The translations under genes were made by a program, and so were the position numbers. Positions 47,601 to 59,600 of a stretch of 64,000 nucleotides of DNA are shown in pieces; the first letter of the stretch is position 1; the number at the start of each line of letters is the position of its first letter. The notes beneath the pieces were generated by a model, which saw nothing but the letters and a program-made list of their open reading frames with translations, searched no databases and had not been told where the DNA came from. Source of the DNA: an uncultured virus (IMG/VR IMGVR_UViG_3300035135_002447) (Duplodnaviria; Heunggongvirae; Uroviricota; Caudoviricetes). The stretch lies in the IMG/VR virus record IMGVR_UViG_3300035135_002447; one strand, written 5' to 3'.

Positions 47601-50600
47601 GCAACTCCTACTAAACTAGGTTTATATCCTGCGTATGAACCTAAATTTTATACAGATACTAGTTACACTTCTAAACCGAATATAATTATAGGTCACGACG
47701 GTAGTAAAATACTTGCATATAATGACTTTAGAGATGATTTAATTTTAGAATTAGAACGCAGAATTTATAACAACATAAAAGTAAAGTACAATAAAGATTT
47801 ATTTAATATACATGATTATATCCCAGGCATAGGTAGAACAACCGGATTTTCAAGAGCGGATGTTTATAAACCTATGGTTACTGACTTCTTACAATGGATA
47901 GGCATTATTAATGAGGATTATACAGAGCACAAGTATTTTGTTGAAAATGATTCTTTTACATACAATTATTCAGGAATGCTAGATAAAAATGGAGAAGTTT
48001 TGCCAGGATTTTGGAAAGGCATTTATCAACATTATTACGACACAGAAACACCTCAATTAACACCTTGGGAAATGCTTGGGTTTAGTGTTCAACCAACATG
48101 GTGGGAGACAACATACGGACCGGCTCCGTATACAAAAAATAATGCAATACTTTGGGAAGATTTAGAAAAGGGTATAATTAGAGAACCAGGTGTTCCTTAT
48201 AAAATAGAAAAGAAATATGCAAGGCCAAATCTGACAAAATTTATTCCTGTTGATAGCTTTGGAAATTTACTTGCGCCGAGTAATTGTAATATTACTCAAG
48301 GGTTTGATGACTACGCAATTGATGCATTATTTAAATTTGGAGATTGTGGGCCGGTAGAATCTGCTTGGAAAAATAGTTCAGAGTACGCATTTGCTATACT
48401 TGCAAGTTGGGCAATTAATAATCCAGCAAGACTTCTTGCAACAGGTTTTGATAGATCTAGACAAATAAGGAATCAGCTAGGTAATATTGTTTACACTCCT
48501 AATAACTCATTCTTTAGATTAGAAGACATTGTAGTTCCTAACACAATTGAAGACAGCCAAAGAGTATACACATCGGGTATAATAAACTATATTGCTGATT
48601 ACTTGACAAGCAATATTACAACAAGAATTAAAAGTTATGAATCTAGTTTAAAAAATATAAAAAATTCATTAGGATTTAGATTAGCAGGATTTACTGATAA
48701 AGACAAATTTAAACTGATCCTTGACAGCAGAACTCCTTTAAATAAAGGAAATGTTTTTATTCCAGAAGAAAATTATCAGATTTCTCTTAATACATCTACC
48801 GCTGTAAATGTTTTATCATATAGCGGAGTAATTATAGAAAAACTGTCGTCTGGCTATTCTATTAGAGGATATGACAAAGAATCTCCTGAGTTTAATTATT
48901 ATGAATATTTAGAAAACAACAAAGATATTAGTGTAAATATAGGAGGTGTAGCAGAACCATTCTTAAATTACACTGAAGGGCAAAAATATATCAAAGATAA
49001 TATTGTTGAATTTTCTGACAACTATTACAGAGTTGGGGAAACATTTACTTCTACAGGTTTTGCACTAGATAAAGACAAATTATTTCCATTAGCAAAGTTG
49101 CCTGTAAATGGAGGAACAACAGCATTATTTAGAAATAAGTTTGATAAGTCAGAAGTAAAAACATTGTCCTACGGTTCAATTTTACCAGACGTACAAGCAG
49201 TCGCTGACTTCTTATTAGGATATGCAGAATATCTTAAAGACATAGGATTTGTGTTCGATAACTTTGATACTGAAAATGAAATTATAGTTGACTGGAAAAC
49301 AAGCACAAAAGAATTTATGTTTTGGTCATTACAAAATTGGCAGTCTGGTTCTTTGATAGCATTAAGTCCAGCCGCAGATGTATTGAAAATCAATACAAAT
49401 TATGCGTGTGTTGATAACGTATATAATAACTTTTATAATTACAGCATATTAAAAGCTGACGGAAGAAAAATTACTAATGAAGATCTTTCAATAAGCAGAA
49501 CTAATAAAAATGAATTTAGAATAGAGACAAGGAATAATGTAGGGTTATATTCAATTAAAATACCATTAGTTCAAAAAGAACATGTAGTATTGATAGACAA
49601 TCTTTCAGTATTTGGTGATGTCATATATGAACCTGCAACAGGTTATAGACAAGACAGAATTAAGGTATTTGGATACAGAAGCACAGAATGGGATGGAACA
49701 TTTAATATTCCAGGATTTATCTATACCCAATCTAATGCTACTGAATGGGAGCAATGGAAAGATTATTTCTTAGGTGAAATAGTAAAATTTAAAGAATTTT
49801 ATTACGTGGCTAATTCTAAAGTTAGTGGCAAAGCAACATTTGATTTTAGTGATTGGACAAGGCTTACTCAAACACCGGAAAGTGGATTACTTACTAACTT
49901 TGAATACAAGACAAATCAATTTGCAGATTATTATGATCTAGACACTGATAATTTTGACATCGAACAGCAAAAATTTGCACAGCATTTAATCGGATATCAA
50001 AACAGACAGTACCTTGAAAACATTATTAACGATGATGTAAGTCAATATAAATTTTATCAAGGAATGATACAAGAAAAAGGATCAAAAAATGCATTGAATA
50101 AATTATTTGATGTTTTGAGCAGTGCTGACAAAGAAAGTTTAGAATTTTTTGAAGAATGGGCGATTAAACAAGGCCAATATGGTGCTTCGGAGTCATTTGA
50201 CGAAATAGAATTAGAATTAGATGAACTTAAATATATGTCTGAACCGCAAGCGTTTAAACTAGGAAATAGTGATGTGCTTGATAGCAGTATCTATGGTGTA
50301 AAAAATCACGAAGTATATAGAAAACCAAAAAATTATACAGGTAATCCGTTCCCTACATTAAACAATGATGTAAATTATTTAAGAAGTGCAGGATATGTTA
50401 ATCTAGAAGATGTCAAAATTAGTGTTGATAATTATTATGATATCACAAATCTTGATATTACTTCCTTATCAAAAGATGATTATGTATGGGTAGGATTTAG
50501 AAATTTTGATTGGGATGTTCTTAGATATGATATCACAGGCTCTAAAATAACAAATATAAAAACAGCTTCATCAGATCTTGATATAGGAGAACAGTCTGCT

Positions 50601-53600
50601 GTTTTGGAAGTAACTTGTACCGATTCAGTAACTGATGTATCAGTAGGAGATATTATTGGTATTGATACGGTTACACAAGAATTACCATTAGCTGATGACT
50701 CTTCATATCCAATTTCGCAACAAGTTACAATTAATACTGCTGATGGTTTTTGGAAGGTAATTCAAAAAGATAATAATAAATTATTCCTTGAAAGCAATAG
50801 AGCAATTGAAGAGATATCCAATTGCGATGGATTGATTAAGAAGTTTGTTTCTGTACGTGCAAAAGACTTTTTAGAAGCAAATAAAATTACGCAATCTGAA
50901 CTTGCATTAAAGACATCTATTTGGATTGATAATAATAATGATTACAAGGTGTTAAAAAATAATAATCCATATAATTTATTATCTACTTTAGAAAATGTTG
51001 AAACAGAAACAGATCAGGAATTTGGATTTAGTATAACAACTGATAATGACAATAGAAACTTGATTGTTTCTAATCCTAGTTCCGGCATTGATGGCAAAGT
51101 ATTTTTGTTTAGTAGAGGAAGCGATAATACAGACTTACTTTATTCACAAGTTATTGAACCTTCAAGATTTACAGCTTCAGACAACAAAAGATTTGGAGAA
51201 GGACTTGCTTTAACAAGAGATGGAAAATACTTAATTGTAGGTGCCCCTGGTGCATCTAATGTGCGTTCAAGATTTTTAGGTAATTATGATCCTACAGCAG
51301 ATTATCAAAATGGAGATATCATTCAATATGCTGATCAATTGTGGGAAGTTCTTGTAGATATTATTGGTGCAAGAGAGTCTCAAGAGTTTACAAGTTTTGG
51401 ATCTATAATAGAAGTTTTACAAAAAAATAATATTCTTGCATTTGAAGAAACTTTTAACAATTTACTAATGGGTAATTACCCCTTTGAAGGCGAAGATTTA
51501 GAAGAAGGCGTAGATCACATATTAGTTAGAGCACCTGCTGATCAATATGTTGCTACAGGACCTGGCGATGTTGTTTACTTAGACTGGTATTTAACCTCAA
51601 CAGTAAACCAATTTGATCCACTAACTCCTAGACAACCTTTTAATGGTCAAAATCCTGGTTTCACAGAAAGCACGTTAGAAGGCGGATTACCTATTGTTAG
51701 AAAAGTTGATGCTGTAATATACATTGACAGCGTATTTACTATTCCTGAAGTAGGAGCCCAAATTGACTTTACAGGCACTGATGGTGGAGAAGCATTTGGT
51801 TATGTTGCATATTATTACTATAAAGATGGAAAAGCAACTATCTATGTAGAAAATAAGTCAGGCACTATCCCACGTTCTGGATCGTGTGTATTAGAAACAG
51901 GTCAAAGTGTTGGTTCGTACAATCTTGTTGCTCCTAGAGAAAGTTTAGATACCACTGACGATTTAGGCGGATTTTGGCAATTTAATATTCCAAACACACA
52001 AGTTGTTGAAAATGAGGATCAAGGCAGACAACTAGCAGTATATAATATTGTTCCCGCAGGACAAGCAAATTCAAATTCAGCTGGAAGTAATATTTGGGAT
52101 CTTAATAACACTAATGCAACTATAGGTGCAAATGCAGTAAACAGTTTTTATTCAATACTTACATACCAAGGTGTTCCAGGACCTGCAGGCGCAACTGGAA
52201 TACAAAAAAGTAATAAATTTGTTGTACGTGCTCCAAAGACATTAACAGACATACTTACTGTAGGAGAAACAGTTAATTTAGAATTTTTAAAATTTAGGCA
52301 AATAGATCCTAATAATCCGGGCAGTCAAGTAAATAACGATCCTTATGTAGATGTTGAAGAAACTGGATTGTTCTATAGTGAACTTAATAAAGGGCACACA
52401 CTTGTTGATTTATGGGACGGGTACATTGAATTTTCTTTAGACGCAACTGACAGTGTTTCGGGTAGACCATTTGAACCTAAAGTAGGACAATTATTAGAAG
52501 AAGTAAATGGTACAGGCGCTACAGCTCAAGTAGCGTTTTGGCAAAAATACAACAATGCCTACGGTAGAGCATATTTAAAAAATGTAAATGGTACATGGGG
52601 CATCGGAAATGATGGTAGATCAGTAAGATGGCTTGCAATACCGGATGATCCTGATCCTAATTATAGAGGACCTTTAGAGTTAGGCCCTATACTAGAAGTT
52701 TCACTAGGCTCTCAAAATTATGATCCTACACTTAACATAGGCAAGTTGTGTGTTTTTGAAGCAGATAGAGAAATATTCAATGTAGAAATTGATGTGGAAG
52801 TAGTGCCGCCTGTAACACAAATTGTAGGAAGTGAGTACTTAGTATACAAAGATAGCACATTGTTTGGTATTCCTACACAGCCTAATATTCCATCAGCTAA
52901 TAACTTTAACTATAAACAAGTTTTCAAAATTCCTGTAGATTTAGATGGTCCCGAAATTGCACTAAACAATTTTGGATATTTTACAATTTATCAAAGAAGA
53001 AATATAGGCAATTTAGTAGAAATAGGTTCGTTCTTAGTTCCAGATAGAATAGATGGATTACGTATCGGATCGAATGTTAAATTTGCACAAAACGGTGATT
53101 TCTACAAAGCATTTATTGGATGTGAAGGTAACGGTACTATAAATAACCCTGGAAAAATTTACTTTATCAATAAAGGTACTGATGAAGAAGGAATTGAGTA
53201 CGATTGGGAACTTGCTAGAGATAAAAGGTATAAAGGTGTATTTGCTTCAGATCGTCCTTATTTTGTAGGCGACTTAATTTTTTATGAAGGATACTTTTAT
53301 AGATCTTTAACAAATGTTGCAGGCGACGGTACTGACTTTATTCCTACAGAATGGGAAGTATCAACTAACGATGAAGTAAGAAGTATTGACTACTTAGGAT
53401 ATGTTCCAAATAGTACAGGTTATGTTCCTGAAGACTTTGATTACAAAGGTTTGTATGATAGTAGTCAAAACTATATTGCGGACAACATAGTACAATATCT
53501 AGATGGTAATTTTTATAAAGCACTTCGTCCTATACCAAGACTTTACACAGGATTTGTTGATGTAAACGGAACTATAGAATATCCTGAATTAGATTGGGAA

Positions 53601-56600
53601 CAGATTAATTTTATTCCAGGAGGTGATTCTAGTCTAGCACTTGATCAGAAAAATTTAATTAAATTTGCAAGAGACTTTGACGTAAGTGATAATGCAGAAG
53701 TATTAATAGCAACAGCAGATTACGGTAATACAGCTATACTTAATGCTACTTTAAATGCAGGACAAATTGCACAAGTAGAAATTACTAACGGAGGTAGGGG
53801 TTACAGAACAGCACCTAAAGTAACTGTCTTAAGAAAAGGAGTTACTCATATAGATTACACAGATGCTGAAGTTTCTGTTACTATCGATGCAAATGGTACT
53901 ATTAATAGTGTTTCTATAGATAATGCTGGAAGTGACTATACAGATTTAGAACTTGTAGTAGAACCAGTAGAAGTAAAAACTAAAGTTGTAATTTATAGAA
54001 ATACTAATGGAAATTATCTTAAAACACAAGAATTAGTTTCTACAGAAGCCGGCATAGATTTTGGTTATGCAATTAGTATAAGCCAAGATGGAAAATCTAT
54101 AGCAGTTGGTGCGCCTAATGGCGATACTGATTTTGGAGAGGAAAGAGGCTGTGTTTATGTTTATAAACAGATAAACGGTGTGTTTGAACTGTCCCAAAAA
54201 TTACAAAGCACTAATCCTATCAGAGGTGAAGGCTTTGGATATAATATAGATTTTGATGGACAAACTCTTTATGTGACTGCATCAAATGGCAATAGTGACG
54301 ATTTTAGTATATTTGATAAAGGTACAACTACTTTTGACAAAGGCTTTACATATTTTAAAAATTATATTGGACAAAATGGTGTTGTATATGCTTATGACAA
54401 CATAAATGATACATTTGTATTTGGACAGACTATTGATTATCACACCTATCTTGATAGAGATAATATTAATGAAGCAGATTATTTTGGAAGACAAATTGTA
54501 GGTTCTAATAACCACCTATTTGTCGTCATGCAAAATTATGTGACTGCAAGTAATAAAAAAGGTATGCTTTTAGATTATAGACGTAATAAATCTCAGAGAT
54601 TGTTTGATACTGCAAGAGAAAAAACTCCTACAGTTGATCTAAGCAGAATAAAACAAGTTATGCTTTATGACAAAGAGAAAAATGTTATTGTAAACAATTT
54701 AGATTACATAGATCCTAATCAAGGAAAAATAGCAGGAATAGCTGAACAGGAAATTAGATATAAAAGTCCAATAGATCCAGCTATGTATACAAATGGTACA
54801 GTCAATCAAAGTATTAATAACAATTGGGGTCAAGAACACGTTGGTGAAGTTTGGTGGGATCTTACTAACGCTAAATTCTTAGATGTTTACCAAGGTAATT
54901 TGATCTACAAAACAAATAATTTCAATCAATTAGCACCAGGCGGTGCAATCAATGTATATGAGTGGGTGGAAAGCGAATATTCTCCAGAACAGTATGATGA
55001 ACTATCAAACTCTGCAGACGGTGATGTCTTAGGAATATCGGGAAACACAAAATATGGTGCATCAGTTTATAGTGTAAGACGTTACTTTGACAGTGTATCT
55101 CAAACATTTACTACAAAATATTATTATTGGGTTGAAAATAAAATCACAATACCTAATAATACATATAGAACTACAAGTATTGCTACTGTAAAATCTTTAA
55201 TAGAAGATCCAGTTGGACAAAAATATAAATTTATTGCCCTATTTGATGATAGTTCTTTTGCAGTTTATAATTGTCAAAATATTATCAATGATAAAGATAT
55301 AATATTAAACATTCAATATTGGTTGAATTCAAATACAAAACAAAATATACATAACCAATATAAAATTATGACCGAAGGTTTTGCATCCAGTTCTGCAGGT
55401 GCAGATATTGAAGCAAAATGGTATGATAGTTTAATAGGTTACGATATCAAAACAAGGTCAGTGCCTGATCTTAGACTTTCACCTAAGGATCGTTATGGCA
55501 TCTTTAACAATCCAAGACAAAGTATGTTCGTTAATAGAACAGAAGCACTGAAGCAAGTAGTGGAGAGAGTTAATAATATATTCTCAGAAAATCTTATCAC
55601 TCAAGAGAAAAATATTTCTAAGTTACAAACTAATGAACCTAAACCTTCGTTAGTATCAGGTGAATATGATTTTGTAGTGAATGGAGCTGTTGATTTAGAA
55701 TTTGTAAATGTTGTTCAAGTGCGTCAACCTATTTTAAATCCTATTGTAGAAGAAGGCAAAATAGTTAGAGTTGATATTGTAGATGCTGGCAGAGGCTATC
55801 AAGTTTCTCCTACATATACAATTCAAGGTCAGGGAAGCGATGCAGAAATATCTATCGAGTTAGATTCTTTAGGTAGTATATCTAATGTTAGCATTATCAA
55901 CGGTGGATATAATTACAATGAATCTACAACTATAGAAATAAGAAAATTTAGTGTTCTAGTAGATGCTGATGAACAAATTAACGGACGCTGGGCAATATAC
56001 GAGAGAAATAACAACCAGTGGCAAAGGATTAAAAGCCAGTCATATAATACAACCTTGTTTTGGGATTATGTTGATTGGTATGCCGCCGGCTATAGCGAAT
56101 TTACAGAAGTGTCTTTTATAGTTGATTATTCTTATTCTTTACAAGGATTGAATGATTCTATTGGAGATGTTGTTAAAGTTTTAGATATAAGCGGATCAGG
56201 TTGGCTTCTCCTTGAAAAAGTAGATAATCAAGACACAATAGATTATACTGTAAATTATAAGACAATAGGTAAACAAAACGGAACAATTAAACTTAAAGAT
56301 TCATTGTACGATACAATGAATAATAGATTGGGATTTGACACACAGAGTTTTGATACAAGCTTCTTTGATATTCAACCTATTCAAGAAACAAGATTTATAT
56401 TAGAGGCGTTACGTGATGATATTTTAGTAGACAACCTTGCAGACGAATACAATAAACTTTTCTTTAGTTCATTAAAATATGTATTTGCTGAACAAGGATA
56501 TGTAGATTGGGCATTCAAAACAAGTTTTGTAAAAGCTATTCATAATGTTGGAGAACTAAAACAAACTGCAACATTTAAGAATGATAACTTAGAAAGTTAT

Positions 56601-59600
56601 GAAGAATATATCAAGGAAGTAAAACCCTATAAGTCTACAATTAGAGAATATGTTTCAAGTTACGAAAAAACAGATCAATCTTCTAGCGTCATATCAGACT
56701 TTGATAGTCCTCCTAGATTTAATAGCGAAACAGGTACAATTTCTGCAAACGATTCAAAAGTTGTAAACGGTATACTTAGAGTGGGTACTATTGAAAGCAC
56801 TTTAAATACTTTAGACAAATACTGGTTAGAAAATTCTACTTATAGTGTTACAGAAATACGGATTGCTGATGCCGGATCAGGATATTTAGAAGCACCTAAA
56901 ATCATTATAGACGATGATACTACAGCTCTTGCTTCATTAGGTCCAGGCGGAAAAATTAGCAAAGTTAAGGTTGTATCAACTAAACAAAAATATTACATTG
57001 CGCCTACAGTAGTAATACAAGGCACACTTGCTGAAGATGGTAGAGAAGCAAGACTATCTGCAATTTTAGGAAGCAACACTGTTAGAAACTTCCATACAAT
57101 AATGAAGTTTGATAGAACATCTGGCAACTATTATATAATGCAACTTAATGAAACAGAGACATTTACAGGATCTGGATCAAAGACAGAATTTGATTTAAAA
57201 TGGCCTATCGACTTAAGGACAAATACTATAGAGGTTTTTGTAGGCGGAGAGTTAATTCTAAACAGCGGATACAATGTAGAAAACCTTACACATACAGTAA
57301 ACAATGCAACAGAACAGTATGGACACATAGAATTTGTTGATCCTCCTGCAGACGGTAGAGAAATTATTATTAATTATCGAAAGGCTGTAGAATTATTAAG
57401 TGCGTCAGACAGAATTAACTTTTTCTATAATCCTACATCAGGACAGTACGGTAAAGATCTATCTCAACTAATGGACGGTGTTGACTACGGCGGCGTAGAA
57501 GTCAAGAGCTTCGAATTTGGTGCGCCTCCAGGGTGGGATACAGACCAATGGTATCAAGGTGCTTGGGACGTTTTTGACGAAGGATTTGATGACGAATCAT
57601 TTGTACATGATGGAAGTACTTATTCATTCCAACTTGCTAAACCTTTACAAGCCTCAACTACCTATAATGTGTATGTAAATAATCTAAGAATTGATGATGC
57701 AGAATGGGACGGAAGCACAACGGTTCTTGCTAATAAAAATGCAATTATGGCACCAATTGTAGGAGACGGAGTTACAGATACATTTACTATAGATAACGTA
57801 ATAGGCTTTGAAGAATTTTTAGAAAATAATAATTTAACAGCTGGCCAGGGAGCAATGACTTCTGATATTGTTATTACACTACGAAGATCTGCTAGTGACG
57901 GAAGTTTAGAAGTTGACCAAACATCATATGATACTAATATCTCAGGTGGAGACTTAGCTTACTCAACAGCAAAAGGTATAAATGCAGAAGAAATAATTAT
58001 AGATGGCGACGGTTTTGTTACACCTATAACAAGTAAAGGTCCTGAAGAAGTTGTACCCGGACACATTGCAGACACTTTAGACATTACTGTGTACGAAAGA
58101 CCAACCGGCGGAGCAAGCTATATAGAAACAGTCAGTTATAAAGGAGACGGAAGTAGTACAGAGTTTGATTTAAGAAACAGACCATATTCAGAAGAAGCAG
58201 TGATTGTTAGGGTAGATGGAAGTTTCTTAAGAGGACAAGATGTATATAGAATAGATTATAAAAATAGTAAAATTGTATTTTATAATGCTCCTGCACAAGA
58301 CAGTGATATTGTTTTAACAACGTTAGGTGTAAGTGGAAGTAACTTATTAGATTATGGCGAATTCCATACTGATGGTAGTACACAAGAATTTTTGACAAAT
58401 GTAAATTGGGTGGAAAATATACAAGCATACGTAACTATTGATGGCAAAGATGCAAAATATGAATTGTTAGAATCAGATGACACATACGCAATAACAGGTA
58501 AAGCATTGATAAAACTTACTACACCTGTACCGCAAGACCAGATTATACAATTTGCAATGTTTGACAGCCCTGTTAATGTGTACAGTAAAATTAAGATTGA
58601 TGAATTTAACGGCGATGGATCAACTTTAGGATTTACATTATCTCAAGCACCATTTAATCAACAACCTGCATCGTATTATACAATGGTTACAGTAAACGAC
58701 GATGTGTTGAATGCAGGATATGTAGAAACATTTACAGTGCAAGATGGTGCAGATTTTAGTTTAGATTTTAAATTAAAATTATGGCAAGTTCCAATTGGTT
58801 CTATTCAAGCAAATTCTATAGAAGTATTTTTGAATGGAAGACAACTAGAATACTTACAAGAATTTAGTTGGTTAGGGTCTGGTGCAAACAATCCAAATAT
58901 TCCTGTTGATGACCAATTAGGTAGTACACTTTCTATAAACCCGGGTATTGCTAATCCTGGCGATGAAATTAAGGTTTATATTGTATCAGATGGTGATTAC
59001 AGATTTGGTTACTTTGATGCCGACGATGTATTTGTAAACACAAGTGGAAGAACTCAAGCGGCCAGCTTGGTTGCTGTTGTTGAGAATGGAGAAATAACAG
59101 CAGTAGATATTGTTAATCCAGGTTTAGGATATTCAGACGGAGCAGAGATATTTGTTGCTGGTAACGGGAACGGTGCAAGTTTGTTTGCTGTAGTAAATGA
59201 TATAGGACAGATCATTGATGTAACAATATCAGATGCTGGTTCTGATTACGATAGTCTAACAACACTGTCTATTGAAACTCCAACGTCAACGTCTGTAATA
59301 TATTTTGATAAAGTGTATACTGAAAATGATAAAATCAGAGTTTACCAATTTAGTAATCATGATAGCTTAGAGATTGAAAGAGAAAATTATACAGTATTAG
59401 AAAAAACTAAAATGACTGTAGGAACAGAAGGATATTATGACTTTAGAATCTTGAAAAATTCTAGAATAGAATTACAGTCGACAGCAACATCTGTAGATTA
59501 TGTTTGGATAGTGAAAAATAATAAATTATTAGTCCCAACTGCTGATTATATATTACTAGAAAATAGACGATATATTGAATTAATAGACAAATTAGAGGAC